Source: Octopus vulgaris (lineage: Eukaryota). Taken from it: a stretch of 64,000 nucleotides of DNA. Positions 1 to 15,217 of the stretch are shown here, piece after piece. Below the pieces are notes generated by a model. That model was not told where the DNA came from. It was given only the letters and a program-made list of their open reading frames with translations, and ran no database searches. Both the position numbers and the translations under genes were made by a program. The stretch is from contig OX597824.1 of the NCBI GenBank assembly GCA_951406725.2, positions 72,416,001 through 72,480,000 of the forward strand, in the 5' to 3' direction. Each line of letters begins with the position of its first letter. Position 1 is the stretch's first letter.

Positions 1-667
1 ATGGTAACTTGTACTCAATCATTCTTCCAATGTTTTGTCCATGCTCAAACTTTTACTGACAGATCCTTCTAATTATGAAAAGTTGGGTAACTGATTCTGT
101 TATTTCATTTATAAGTTGAATAAAACATTGATTAAAACTGTTGAGGCCTATATTGTTTTCAGATCGTTAAGGTTTGGAATTCAGCTACCCAGCATCTGAA
201 TATTCTAGAAATTTGACCAAGAAATTTGGTTTGAACAAGCATTCTGTAGGATTTTAGTTTAATACCTAGTTAGTTCCACTTAAAGTTTCAGTAGTGTTCA
301 TTCATGCTCTGGGAGAAATATGTCACATTCTACCATTTATCTCTTCTAAAAATAATCCTGTTTCTTTCTAGCTTCTACCATTTTTTTCCCTTAAATAAAG
401 TTGTATTTTCTAAGTTATGTTATTTTTTATTGAAAACAATTAAAGGCCTTATTTCGCCATGTCCTCTTCGATTTCTTTACTAAACTGACTTGTTAATAAA
501 AGTTCTCCATGTAAATAAATGCTTATGTTAATTTAAAAAGTTGCCAGCAAAATCTTTTAAAATGACAATGTTTTAAAAGGTGTACATCTTTATGTTATAT
601 GTGAAAATAAAACAATATATATATATAAGAGACGGAAAAAAATTAATTATTATGCTTTTATTTCCAG

Positions 668-765
668 AAACTTTGCTATCATTGTATCTGAACTATTACC
701 AGTTTACAGAATTTCATTTGGATAGCATATTCAAATACGGCGACGACAACCGGCTACCAAGGGAG
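668..765 (+). CDS. LRR protein (LRRC58/LRRC28-like), internal coding exon; upstream exons not identified
   Basis: tttccag acceptor and GAG|GTAAT donor. Encodes TLLSLYLNYYQFTEFHLDSIFKYGDDNRLPRE, which joins in phase 0 to IFKCANVTHLSL at 5005 and restores a canonical LRR (LPxEIF..VTxLSL). Confidence 0.75.
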
Positions 766-3700
766 GTAATCACTCATTCTGTTATTCTACTTTCTAGTTA
801 CCTTTTCTTAGACTCGTGTCTCGTGACAGTTTTTACTTGTTTATGTTCGGGGCGAGCACGACCAACTGTCTGGGTAAAAGTGGGGTTTCTGATCTGAAAG
901 CCTTTTATCCCTTTGCTTGTTGGGTTCCAATGTCCGTTATTTAGGCTAGGTTTGACTATTTCAAGACAGGCTAAACAAACTCCCGCCCCCTTTCTAATCA
1001 CTGTCTGTCCGGCCTCACGTGTGTCTGTCTGTTTGTCTGTTTCTCTCCCCTTCCCCCTCTCTTACTCCCGGTTATGTTGCATCATAAGACACACAGGTGA
1101 GTGGGTGAAACGGAGGAAGGACGTGATGTACGTATACAGCTGATAGGTGGAGGCGTATTAATGATAGAGCATATGTATCGGCAAATAAATCTACCAACCC
1201 ATTTATAATAGGGTCCACGATCTTGTTAATTTATAAACCTTTCTGGTATCTAAAGTACACTTTTATAATGAAAAAGATATACGATAGTGATGGCGGTGAT
1301 GGTTAGAAACTTTCTGTATGCCATTTTGATCATTGATCCATATTGAGGACTTTTTTTTTTTTTTTTATCACAGTGTCTCTATTATAGTATGTCGGCCTGT
1401 CAGAGCCAGTCCCTGTTGAGTTACACCCAAAGCAGCAAACCAACGCAATATGTGTCAGTTTTACTGTTGTAATTTCAAAGATTTGTTTTGAAAGAAAAAG
1501 TAAAAATAAATAAATAAACAAGAATACATCGTATAATATAGTCTGGAGTATACAATGCCTGAATAGAGACGAGATTAAACATGACGGCATTTTGGATCGT
1601 AGGTCTTCTCGGTGGGGGCTAACCTTGTGCTAAGCAACTTGTTAAGGCCATTGAGAGCTCAGTCTTCTCTAGTGTCTTGATGGAATATGAGTTGCTGTTT
1701 TAGTCTTTTGATTTGGCTAACTCTTGCTTATGAAACGATAGAAATTTCTAGTATAACATGTTAGTTGTTTTTGGAGCAGATTTTGGCAGAACATGTCTAC
1801 TTTACATCGCTGCTGTATAAGCCTGTTAATCAACGTGTATTCCTTTTTTTTTTTTTAATCTTTGAACGGTGGTCTTCATTTTATGATCTGAAAAATGAAA
1901 CCACTAAACTTGACAAATCATCATTTGCCAGAAACTCGGCAGTAATATGAATGTGAAAAAATTGCTACTTTTGAAACTGAATGTTTATATATCAGAACAT
2001 ATTTATACAGTTAAGTATTTTGTCTATGCCAACTATATATTAACCGTAGTAACATTCATTTAACTTATGTGTACATGCAATTAAGTATTGTATCTATACA
2101 AACACAAGAGTTAATTGCATAACCTGGTCCATAGCATATTGTTTATAGTCAACAGCTGCCTACCAATACATGAGCTCTACAAGGTGATGTTGTAGGATGA
2201 AACTCAAAGAAGAAAGAATATTTTCTTATACTTTAATGCCTGCATACACAGTGTTTCCAAACATTTCTCTCTGAACATGAGACAATTCATTAAATGCATT
2301 GGTTCATTACAGCACACTTCAGAATTATAAATTAACCAGAATGATACAAGAAAGTTAATTGTACTTGTAGTCTTCATCATCATAATACAAATATCCCATA
2401 CAACTTAACCCCTTTCAGTTAACTTATCAATGATAATGATGTTGTCTGCAATTGTCATTGGTGCTAGTTTTATAGTAAGGTCAACCATTTGTTCTATACG
2501 TATATATAGTTTTGAAATAAACTTTCAGTTTTAAAGAAAAATATTCTTCAAGTTTCATTTTATTCCTCAGTATAAATCATATACTGCCTAACATTATCTC
2601 TTTTCCTTTTTATTATACCAACGTCCACCTAGTTCAGTTGTTTCACTTTCCAGATTATAAACGGAAAAATTACCCTTTGAACATACTTAAATATTGTTGG
2701 TGCAAAGAAGTTCTCAAAGGTCTGAGGCATTTGCCTCCTGCAGTCTTAAGTTTATTTCCCTGACAATATCAAAGACAGTGCAATCAATTTACTTAGCCCC
2801 AGTATATAGTGTTTTCGTTTATTTGTATCTTTATCTATTCTCTCATGAATATTGACTCCAGTAGAATTTTTAACTTGAATATATGCGACATTGGATTTTG
2901 GATATTAGTAACATTATTTACCTTGTAAACTATCCTGTCCTTCACTTTTAATTTTTAACTATAAATATAGAAAATACAGTTGATTGATGTTACTCTCATA
3001 AATTTCTGTTATTTGACAAAATTGCTGAAACATTGGACAAGATATCTTACAGTATTTACAGTTATGGCTTTAAATTTCACTGAACTCAACTTTGTCTTTC
3101 AGTCTCCCAGGTTCGATAAAATAGAGTATCAGTCATAAACTAGGATTGATATAACTGAAAACTTTTACCAAACTGTGTGACCATCTTATAATGCTAGAAA
3201 TTAATATTTTTACCAGACACCTACCATGCTTTGGGAGAGTGAAGACAATGGTTTTTAATTGTGCTATAATTAAAAAATGGCTTGTACAATACTTCAGTCA
3301 GTTTTCTAAATTAAAATGATATTGACCCAGAATGTTGTGATCACATAACTGGTACCATGGGTGCTGCAGCTGGTAGAGATGATATATTGTTGGATGACTA
3401 TTTGAAAGGTTGACAGGTCTTATCACATCTGTAGTACTGCCTTGTGTCTCTGGCAGAGACAAACAACACTTGATGGCCCAGCATGTTGTTGTGTCCATAA
3501 GCTGTACCAATAACTTCTGCAAGTCCAGTGTGCCTAGATGTTAGCTGGTACTATGTGATGGTACAGTATAAGTGATGAGTAATTTGTTGATCTTGCTGTT
3601 CTGGGCTCAAATCTCTATTCTGGATATTACACAAGACCAAATGAAGAGCATAAAACTGACAGTTCTGTTCACTGGTAGAACAATGTCATATTGATATTCT

Positions 3701-5004
3701 AGCCCTGACAAAATGTTTTCAAGTAAGTATTTAAAATATGTTTAGATATTTTGCTATGCTTGGGGATGGTTTCATCACACAGTTTCATATCAAGAATTTT
3801 GCAAAACAAATACATAAACATTATTTACATTCGACGGATATTTGTCCTCATCTTGTTTGTTGTTTACTCAACCTTTCGGCTGATATACCCTCCAGCCTTC
3901 TTCAGGTGTCTTGGGGAAATTTCGAACCTGGGTTTGAAATTTTCCCAAGAATTTAAATATAGAACTGAAATACATAAACGTTTAAATACCTTATTTTGCA
4001 GAAAAATCATAAATTTTCTAAATACTCAACCCCACTTTCTTGTAGCATCAAATTACCATTTTTTGTCCTTGTGAGCTTACAATACCAGTAAGAGGGCAAT
4101 GCTATACAGGTTAAGAACAATTGCTCTAGATATGACACTTGAAGTTGAAATCTATAAGCTCCTAATCTGTTTGAGAGGAACACTAACTGCATCACTCTCA
4201 TAGGTCTTGGAGGGCCTGCACTTACTATGGGCATAGCATCTTCCTCCACAAATAGAACAGAGATAAAAGTAGAATAAAACACCCAATCCTATGGTCTGTT
4301 GAATATTCATGTACTTTCATGATATCACAAATACACACAATCACACACACAAATTCGTGTATACATGTACATACAGTGCGCACACACACACACACACATG
4401 ATTAATCATCATCATTTTAATGTCCACTTTTTCATGCTTGCATGGGTCAGACAGAGTTCATTGGGGCAGATTTTCTATGAAGAGGTATCCTTTTGTAGCT
4501 AATCCGCACCTGTTTCCAAGCAAGGTAATAATTCTCCATGGCTGGTCATGTGTTTGTGGAAGACTGGAAATGAGGCACTCCACTTATATAACAATGACAT
4601 CATGACTATCTCATGATGCGAAGACTAGGTGACAAGTGCAGGCACACACACATGATGGGCTTCTTTTAGTTTCTGTCTACTAAACCTGCTCATTTGTATA
4701 CAGCCACACATTGCAATAAAAGGTATATTAGTCAACACTTTGGCTTTAATACTTCACTTCCTTATTTTATTGATAGAAAAGGGATAAAGCGCAAAGTTAA
4801 ACTTAATTGTATTCGAGCACAGAATCCTAAGGAAAGTAATTACAATATTTTCATCTTGTGTTCTATTATTTCTTCTATTTTCTCATCTTTATATATCGAA
4901 CAATATTTGATTTCTTTTGTTTGGGTTTTTGTTTTAAAATTAAAATAGTCAATAATTAGCAAGAAAATCCACTAATAAATGTAATATTTTAAAAATCATT
5001 TCAG

Positions 5005-5524
5005 ATCTTTAAGTGTGCAAATGTGACACACTTGTCATTGAAATACAACAGCTTGGACCATCTACCTGCAGACATTGGTCGAATGAAGCAGCTGGAATAT
5101 CTGGCATTGACCAACAACAAGCTGCAAGTCAGTGCAATTCCATACACGCTAACCTTCTGCACCAAGCTGAAAACAATCCTGCTGGACAACAACTTACTGG
5201 ATGCTCTCCCTGGATTCTTGCTTACCATGCCCTCCATCGAGACTGTGTACCGTCACGGTAACCACAACTACTTCAAAGCCACATTTATGTGGTACCACAC
5301 CGACGTGAACTATCGGATTATCCCAGCTGGAGGGTTTGGCGTTGCCATGTCTAAGGTGCCAGCCAGTCTTCAGTTCTGGGCTGCAAAGTCTGTGATTGGA
5401 CAAAAGATAGACTTTTATAACAACAGCTGTATTGCTGACATACTAAAGGACTATATTTCAGAGCTCTATTATAAATTTTACTTGTGTCACTATTGCAAGC
5501 AGGCTCTTCTCCGACATCTACCTG
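5005..5524 (+). CDS. LRR protein (LRRC58/LRRC28-like), main exon: LRRs, BC/SOCS-box-like SLQFWAA motif and CxxC
   Basis: tttcag acceptor and CCTG|GTAAGT donor. LxxLxLxxNxL repeats (LSLKYNSL, LALTNNKL, ILLDNNLL), then PASLQFWAAKSV and CHYC. Confidence 0.9.
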
Positions 5525-8500
5525 GTAAGTTTCCTCTCTTTTTGTTGTTAACCTTTTCATGTCATTATTTCTCGTGAATCATGCTGACTATATTTTAATT
5601 TTGGAAAATAATCCAAAATTTATAGAGATTTAGGCGAATAACTTTTATTTATTGATTGTTGTTGTTAGTTTTGTTCAGTCCTAATTCAATCCTGATTGAG
5701 CAGACCTATGATAAAAGGCATTCCAGCTATGACCAGCCTGTCTTTTTATGGGTATCCACATAAGTACTACAATATCTTACGTATCTTTTTCTTTTTAAAA
5801 ATGGTAGGATATGATTCGAGGGAGTTTTGGTTGCTATTTCCAGCAGGTTGAGTGACCACATTGATGCTCCCTCAGTGATTTGGTTTTTGATATATTAAAG
5901 TGGTGTTTTGCACATAACTTAACAGAAAGGTCATACATGAAGTTACTGATGGAGGTTTCTAATTTAAATATGAACACTTTAAAAGGATGGGTTTTACATC
6001 ATAGAACTAGGGTTAATCTCAGGCAGGTTGGTATTTTCGTTAAAAATGTTACAATTTTAAAATTGTTTTTTTCCATGCAGTTGATTGTGCAAAACAGAAG
6101 ATATACGGATATAATAAAAGGTCCTCCTGTTCATGGGGTTTGACTTAAATTACACTGCAAACTTTTTGCTTGTGTACTTAGTTCTGTATTTCACTTTACA
6201 GAAATGACAGATAATAGACACTACATATATTGGGAATGTTGTCAGGGCCATTTTTACAGCATTATAGACTCCCAGGCAAAAGAATGCACTGGAACCTCTA
6301 TGTATACAACTACAGCATGTGAAGATAAACATTTACCCCTTGACCTGTAGGGCTCTGAGACAAGTTCCAGTGTGGCCATGTTTTAAGACAGTTTCTTATT
6401 AATGCCTGCATCTTAAAAAGCAGAAAAGAATCTTTGGCTTCTGGAGGTACTTGCTTTATAATACATTATTGGGATCTTTACCTTTTGACTGGCAGATTTA
6501 GAAAATTTTTTGTAACTAAACACTTTCAAACTTTGTATACTGGTAGAATGTAATCCTAAAACCCAAAGGGAAAAGATCCCATTATTGTGAATAGTGAAAG
6601 GAGTTCCTGTTAAATTGTGTTGGCAACCCATTTTTAATTTCCATTTGAGCTCATTTCACTTAATTTCGTTCCACCTCAGCTAGCATTAATAATCATTGTT
6701 ATCAATATTGGTACAGGCCTGGGTTCCTGGGTTCAATGCCACAGCTTAGTGAACTTAAGAAAATGTTTTCTTCATAATCATGTTATTTGTGCTGCCACTC
6801 ATCTGACATCTATGTGGATTGATAGATGTGTCGTGGAGCAGCTCATCAAAGCTGATTTAATGTAGAGTGGGTTTATATTGGGCTTAATTTGGTTACCAAC
6901 AGAACACAATGGATGGCACTTATTCAGTGTTCAGATTCATCTGAAAATCCAGTTACTATATTTTCTGGCACACTGGTTGAATTTTTCAGGCCAAAATACA
7001 CACCCAAAAGTAGTTGGTATAAACACTAGAACAGCTCTGGAGGACCAAAAATTCCAAGTGAAATGCAGCAAGATGTGGAAAGATAGGGATAATGTTTGAA
7101 TGCTTACACTATATGTTTACTCTATGTACTATATCAACTTGTATGCTGGGAAATATGGTATCATGTGAAGCAAATGGTGATACAATTACATAGGTTATGC
7201 GTAGAAGTTGTTTCAGATGGCCAGCTTGCTCACACTTGACTTCACTGCTTCTTCTCCATATCTTTCTTGATCTTCCTATGCATTAAATATTTTCACTGTT
7301 AGCATGGAACACTTTTTTACTCAGTGTCTGACTTCTTAAAAATTTATGAGAAGGACCAATGCTTAGTTCCAGTTCAATAGTATAAAGCAGATAAGCTGCT
7401 TTTGTATGAAAGGAAATATTTCTTGATGATTTTCTTTTAGTATCTATTTATGACTGTTTGGTGGACTGAAGCAACAAAAATTAAAGTATTTGCCCAGAAA
7501 TACAACAAGATATATTTTGTGGACAATTGGACAACATATCTATTAAATTATCTTATTCTTATCCTCCTTTTACATTACATGCATACATGGGAAAAGAATA
7601 TCACAATCTACATTTCTTTGAGAAATCAAATATTGCGCATAATGTAACCAATGTTCCTTCTAATTTTCCCCAACCACTGACCATAATGTTTGTATGCTTC
7701 AAGCAAAAATATTTTAAATTCAAAGCTAACGCATGGCATTTAAACTCATGCATAGTTTGTTGAGCACATGTTTATAAATTAAAATGAGTAGCAATATTTT
7801 GATGTGCATTGCACCAGTAGAAAGATGAATGACTTTACACCCATTCAGCTGAGAGAGAACATTGAATGTAGTTATGATATGTTACATTTGATGTAGGTGG
7901 AAAAGTGACAGTTGTTAAGGTATCAAACAAAATGTTTTTTGGCATTTGTTCGAGACCCTGTGCTTGAGGAGACCTATTGAGTCAAGTACATCAACATCAA
8001 AAAATCAAATGGAAATTGTAGTTGTGATACCTGTGCCAGTGGCACGTAAAAAGCACCAACGGATCGTGGCCATTGCCAGCCTCGCCTGGCACATAAAAAG
8101 CACCCACTACACTCACGGAGTGGTTGGCGTTAGGGAGGGCATCCAGCTGTAGAAACAATGCCAGATCAGACTGGAGCCTGGTGCAGACTCCTGGCTGCCC
8201 TGTATCATATAAGGGGGCAGGGGGAGAAGTAGCTGGGAAGAAGACAAATGTGGTGATGATGAAGTGATCTAAGATACAAGGATGTGTATATGAGAGAGAA
8301 TATGAGCAAAGAATTGAGATAAGCTCATTACAGTGTGAGAGGAAAATGACAGATGAGTAGAGATGGGTGGAGAGGTGAATGTAGTAAATGGGACAACAAG
8401 GGTGAAGGTGAGGTCGATGGTAAATATCAGTATGGTGGGGTTGGGTGGGGTGGGATGAGAAATAGTGGTTTAGAAAGTAGGAGGTGTTATACATTCAAAA

Positions 8501-8695
8501 TCTTTCCAACTGTGATATAAGAAATTTAATAGAATATTAGAGAGGAGGGTGTGAATAGAGGGAGATTTGCCTGCTATTTCTTGCCCATTGAGGGTTTTTT
8601 CATTTGTCATCTGATGAGTTTACTGATTTCTTTTTCTTCTTTTAGATATAAAATGTCAATTCTTAATTAACAAATTTCTTTGTTTTCTTTTTCAG

Positions 8696-9054
8696 GTTAC
8701 AAAGTTATCACTTTCAAAAACCCCTATCTGGGTAACAGTTGTGTCCCATTCCAACACTGGGCCTGCTCTCTGGATTGTGCCAAGGCTCTTGAAGTACCTG
8801 CTCGCATTGAGCAGATTGCAGCTGCCACCAAGCTTGACCGCCAGTATGAGGACTATGTCAACCGGTGTCAGCAGCTTTTCCGAACGGTGCATTCTGGTGC
8901 CAACCGCATGTGTGTGTGTAGCCGGGAGTCCCTGCATAGTTCGTGCCCTTCGGGTGCTGGCGACGACGATGGACGCAGCCACTGTCACTACTGTACTGCA
9001 TTGGATGCTGGCAGAGATGACAAAGAGTCTAGCTGTTATTGCTGTCTCCAGTAG
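8696..9054 (+). CDS. LRR protein (LRRC58/LRRC28-like), terminal exon; Cys-rich C-terminus ending CCLQ*
   Basis: Polypyrimidine tract plus cag acceptor. The phase-1 join G|GT is in frame with the 5524 donor. Encodes VPFQHWACSLDC (family-like Zn-binding motif); stop TAG at 9052-9054. Confidence 0.88.
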
Positions 9055-9585
9055 CCATTGGGTTCGCACCAAACAACAAGGGTTTGCATCTGCCAACGAC
9101 TTGTTGTTGTCAGGGGCAATGGAAAGGCAGATGCCGACTGCTGTCACTTGAGAGAGAAAGAGCGAGAGAGAGAGAGAGAGTGAAAGAAAGCAACATGGAA
9201 TATGAATGAGTAAGAGTATGAGAGGTAGAAAGAGAAAGAAAGATTGAGAGGGAGAAAATGAAAGGTACAAAATCTCAGTCTCCCCAAAATCTGAAGCATA
9301 TGTTTTGATCTGACAATTTTTTGTGTTTTTTTTTATTTCATGGCGGGTTGGGAGGTTAGGGTCAAGTTAACTGAATTGAGGTGACAGGGAGGTTGTCTCT
9401 CTTCCTCTACTGGTTTCTCCATAAAATAATAAAAAAAAAAGAGAGAAAAGGAAAAAAAAGGTGCTGTTGGTGCAGGTATATATATTATATATGTGCATAT
9501 ACATACATATATATGTATATATACATGTGCATATGTATGTGTGTGTGTGTGTTTATATATGTGTGTGTGTGTGTGTGTATGTATG

Positions 9586-9620
<35 letters not shown>

Positions 9621-11000
9621 ATAAACATGCACACACGGATATATAAATATATATTTGCGGGTCGGGTGGGCGGTACAGATTTAAAAAAGAAATTTGGATA
9701 CACAAGCTGGGACTGTTTGAAAAAAAAAAATAAATAAAACATACTGGACACACGGACAGCTAGCCTGATCGGTACTCGAGTACATGAAGTGGACAGTGAA
9801 GTTAACTCCCCTGTGTTGTGTACTTTTCTTTGTTTTCTGTGTATTATTTCTTTCTCAACTTTCTTGGTGCACTTTGTCGTGTTAAATCTGTTGTGTGGGT
9901 CGTTTTCCAAAAGTAGGACATGTGCATTGAGTGCACATGATAAGTGCATAACTGCATATGCGTGGATAGGCTACTGCATTTGTTTGAATGCATTCATGTA
10001 TGGGTGGCTATTTATGTATGGATTTTTGTTTGTGTGTGTGTGTGTATATAGGCATGGTTTTTATCTGGGTGTGTACATTTTGGCGAGTGGTGGGCATGAA
10101 GGAAGAAAAGATATTTGTTCATATATGTTGACTTCACAGTTCTGTCACTCTTCCTTCTCCCCCAGTCTCTTTTATCTTTCTCTCACCCTGTCTCTCTTTC
10201 ATTCTGTACATTTTCAAATTTTTTTTGCTTCCTTGTTTTTTTTTTATCATTAATTGTAACATTCTGAACACCCACAAAAGCCTTGCCTTGCACACTTACA
10301 AACACACACACACATACACACTCATTCATGCACATGTATGTGTGTAGGTATATACAAACACACATGCAGCTATACACATCCATGCAAGTACACACATTCG
10401 TATGCGGTTACATACACACACACGCACACAAATATACATACATACATACATACATACATACACTCACTATGACATACATAGTCATGCCTCATAGTTTGTT
10501 TTTTTTTGCTCAGTGATGCTCATGAGTCGAATTTTTTGAATGAATGAACCTGTGTATGTATGTGTATGTATGTGTGTGTGTGTATGTGTGTGTGTTATAT
10601 TTGATGTTAAAGCCAGGGTTGGCTAGGTGTTTTGGATGGAGTTATGCTGGCATCCAGAGCGAATGCTGAGTTTTCACATATTAGCTGCTGAGTCTCCTCA
10701 CAACCCTCATTTTTTTTTTTATTCCATTTTCTTTTTGTATTTTGGGGGGAGCGGGGTCTCCACATTGACCAATTCTTGAAACTGTTTTACTATCTTTCTT
10801 GAGGGCACTGCCCCTCCCACTGCATTTGTCAGGCCATGGTGGGGAGTACATTGTAAATGTGTAAGCATTCATTTGTGTGCATCTATTGAAATGTATTAAT
10901 GTATATGTGCATATATTTATATATACATGTATATATATATTTATGTATATATATATATTTATGTATATATATATATTTATATATATATATATATATACAG

Positions 11001-11031
<31 letters not shown>

Positions 11032-11749
11032 TGCGTGTGTATATGAATTTTGGTGTTTTTTCATTTAGATGTATGGGTATTTAGATGTATGTATATGTGT
11101 GTGTATATATATATATAATATACACATGCATACAGAGGTGCATGTGTGTGTATGTATATATATATAGACACACACATCCATCAGGATGGATGTATTTATA
11201 CACATGTTTATATATTTATGTGTGTATTTGTGTGTTTGCACAAACATACATACACAGACATATATTTATTTACCTTGTCTCAATCTTTACGTGACGTTAA
11301 AAAAAAATTTTTTTTAAACAAATGAATAAACTAATAATTATGTGAATGCATTACATGTAAATTTCTCTTATGATGATGATTATGATTATGGTGATAATCC
11401 CCTATTCCCCTATCACTTCCTTAAATAAACCAAAAAAAAAAAAAAAATGTGTAACCCCCCCACATTAAAATGGAAGGAAAACGAAGTTAAAACCCGTTGC
11501 CATCTTGTTTCATGCATGTGTTCATCCTTCTCAACCATTAAAACATCTTTTCATGCTTTCAAAATCCCCCCACCCACTTCTCTCTTTTCCATCCTTTAAA
11601 TGTTTTATTGCACTGGACTGATGTGGTGGTGATGGTGTTGGTGGTAATGTTGGCTACTACTGCTACTGCTGCTGGTGGTGGAAATGTGTGATGTAGGCTT
11701 GCTTTGTGTATGTATGCGAATTTATTGTTGGGTAACAAACCTGAGAAGA

Positions 11750-12150
11750 GGTGCAGGAGTGGCTGTGTGGTAAGTAGCTTGCTTACCAACCACATGGTCC
11801 TGGGTTCAGTCCCACTGTGTGTCGCCTTGGGCAAGTGTCTTTTACTATAGCCTCGGGCTGACAAAAGCCTTGTGAGTGGATTTGGTAGATGGAAACTGGA
11901 AGAAGCCCATTGTATATGTATACATATATATGTGTGTGTGTGTTTGTGTGTATATGTTTGTAATTCTATGTTTGACCACCAACATCGCTTGACAACCGAT
12001 GCTGGTATGTTTATGTCCTCCGTAACTTAGCAGTTCAGTAAAAGAGACTGATGGAATAAGTACTAGGCTTACAAAGTACTTTAGTCAATTTGCTCGACTA
12101 AAGGTGGTGCTCCAGCATGGCCACAGTCAAATGACTGAACAAGTAAAAGA
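11750..12150 (+). mobile_element. tRNA-derived SINE (other copies at ~18525, 23527, 41670+43560, 46358, 57150)
   Basis: Head gtggctgtgtggtaag...ggttcagtccc (A/B-box-like), central TG tract, shared tail gcagtcaaatgactgaaacaag. Confidence 0.85.
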
Positions 12151-12214
12151 ATGTATGTGTGTATATATATATACATATACATATGCATACATATACATAT
12201 ATACATATGCATAC

Positions 12215-12260
<46 letters not shown>

Positions 12261-15217
12261 ATTGTATATATGTATGTATGTATATATATATATATATATA
12301 TATATAGATATTTATACACATGTATGTATATATATATGTATGTGTATATATATATGTTTGTATATATATATATATATGTGTGTGTACATACATATATGTG
12401 TATATATGAATGTGTCTATATACGTATGTAATTGCACATATACATATATAGAAATTGTTTTCTTTTATCTTTTCAACCCTGAATCTCTCTCATTCTTCCC
12501 ACAGAAGTTCTACCTCTTATCAATCCTTTTTACCCACCATACAAGAATTATTATTACTAGGATCTCACCGAGATATAACTTTGCCATTCATCTTTCATAG
12601 TCAGTATAATGAAGTGCCTGTCAAATACTGAGGCCAATGGTACTGACTAACCTCTTCCTCCTTCTCCAATTTTCAGGGTTGGTCACTAAATTAGAAAGAA
12701 ATATTTTTATTATTAGGATGGTTAATTGACAGAATTATTTGAGCATTGGATGAAATGCCATGCAGTCTATCTGCTGACTCTGTGTATTCAGCTCAAATCT
12801 TGCCAAGTTCAATTTTGCTTTTGTACTTCCAGGATCAGTAAAATATTAAGTACTCGGATCGATGGTATTGACTTACCCACTACCCCTCAAAATTATTGGC
12901 GTTGTGCCTAAATTAGAAATAATTATTAGGATAGTGAATTGGTAGCAAACTGAAGAACTCTAGACTAAATGCTCCTTAATTATTCCTGTTTGTGGTCTGA
13001 ATCCCAAACCCTGCTAATCCTGCACTCTTTGGCTGGTGATGGTGGAACAATAAAATAAGACCCAATCATGTAATAGGGGAGAAGAAGAAGGATAATTCAG
13101 TTGTTTGTATACCTTCCTCTCCAAATTGTGTGAGAAGGATTTAAGCCCTTGGTCATAGAAAATGTAATATGCTTGGCTAAATGTCTTAACAGTATTTATT
13201 TATGTCCCATTTTGCTTAATTCTGGATTCATATGCTTCCAAGATTGGCCTCAAGCACAAACTGAGCTCTTGATATGATTTGTCTGTGATGTGGTTGCATT
13301 TATGTCTCAGTTGAAGAAAGGTTCATTTAACTTATAGATGTTAATGAAATATGGGAAACATGCTCTTGTTACAAGCACATGTTTGCACATTTCCTTTTCC
13401 TCCCCACACAATCTGATGGCCTTTGTACCTATTCTGAAAAAAAAAAAGACAAGCAGAAAAAAAAAAAATAACGAGAACATTATAAAACTAAATTTCTGTA
13501 GAAATTCTTTAAGAAAAACTTTGGAGGGTAGATGGCAGGATCAGCAGGAAGTTGAATGAAATATCTTGTGCTATTTGTTTACATTTCTGTAATCCGGTTC
13601 ACTTTTCAATTTCCTTAAATTGATAAAATGAGATAATTATCAGTTTGTACAATAAGTTACTGGTTGATTTAATTGACTATATGCAGGAACAGTAGTCCTC
13701 AAATTGACAAATATCAGGCCTCAACCCACCCCTAAAATAATACTTGTGAAATGTTTTGCTTCCCCAGTCATTTATTTACGCAGTCAAAAAAGCTTGCATC
13801 CATATGATTCTTCTTCTGTTGCCATGGTGTTGTACAATTTAAAAAACCATAAAAAAAACTAAAAGCCATCTTTATTTTATCAAATGTGGAAAGTTACTGC
13901 TCCTCTTTTCACAGGTGAACCCAAACCTTGTGAGAAACCCTGTTCTAGAATGTTGTCTGCTATGTGACCCATTGTTCAATGACTGAAGACATTAAAACAA
14001 AATTAGATGCTAATGAAAGAAATTTTCTGGTTCATTAATCTACATTGCATTCATTTGCTGTTACTTGACTTATTCTGCTTTTCCACTTTATCCGTCACCT
14101 CCACTTCTTACCACCATTAATGATTATTGCTGTGCTGCGATGGGGTGGTAGTGGTAGTAGCCATGGATATGGCAGGGGTAATAACTCAGATGTCCTCTCT
14201 GTCTTTCCCACCTCTCTCTCTCTCTTTCATTCTTTCTTTCTCTGCATTCAGAATTTTTAACACCCCTTTCACTATTATGACAGCTCATATTATAACCAGT
14301 AGTCAAGGCCTCCGAGAAATTTTGAATGGTGGAACTTTTAGGCTCCAGAGGGAGAGGGTGGTTCGCCTCTCAAAATCCGAGGGGTTGTGAAACTTTTATA
14401 CTTTTATTTAATTTTTTTTTTTTAGCTAGGGGCCTCATCACATTCATGAGCCTCTTTGGTTTTTTCAAGTCCTGGACTGATGTTTTGGTAGACCCCCTTC
14501 TCCCTCGTATAGGCCCTGCCATTGTGTATAATGCTGATGTGTGTATCAAGGAGGGTGGTGGGTGTTAAAAATAAGGGGTGGCAGGCCCCTTGCATCTTGC
14601 TCTACTCTAATCTTATCCCGAATTTACCTTCTTCAATTCACTCCTCTGCACTTAACGTTCACCCATTCACCCCCTCTCCATCCATTGATAACCATCCCCT
14701 GTTCGTGCAGCGATTTCCATCTGACAAGGGAGATAACTGTTCATTACCATTTGCTACTTCTATGACTACTAATAAACTAACCACACATATATCATGTCTA
14801 AGTACCAACCCCATCTCTTTTCTCATAATTACTTCATACCGCCGGCAACACCACTATTATCACAACCTTTCTCACATATTCTTCCTCCCCATTGCTCCCA
14901 CCGTGATCACAGTGTTTGTTTTTGTTTTGTTTGTTCCTTTTTTTTTTTTTTTAAACACTAAACCTATGTGGAAAGTTGGTTTTGATTTACTGTTGTAAAT
15001 GGTTGTTGTTGTTGTTGTTGATGTTGTTTATTGACTCTCCACCTCTACACAATGCTCTCTCTTTCTTCCTTCATCAACATACACACACACATACACAATC
15101 ACCCATGCACATCTAAATATTTTCAAAACACTAGGAAAAATAATGATCTATTCTCTCTCATTCACCACAATTGTAAGAAGTAAAGCAAAAATAATAACTG
15201 TAGTGGTATATTTCTAA

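Noticed and set aside
2654-2719. Possible 66-nt cassette exon in the LRR gene
   Set aside because: Weak donor (GTCTGA) and an in-frame TGA; no support without RNA data.
8692-9270. Antisense and alternative-frame ORFs over the LRR terminal exon
   Set aside because: Shadows of the GC-richer true coding exon.
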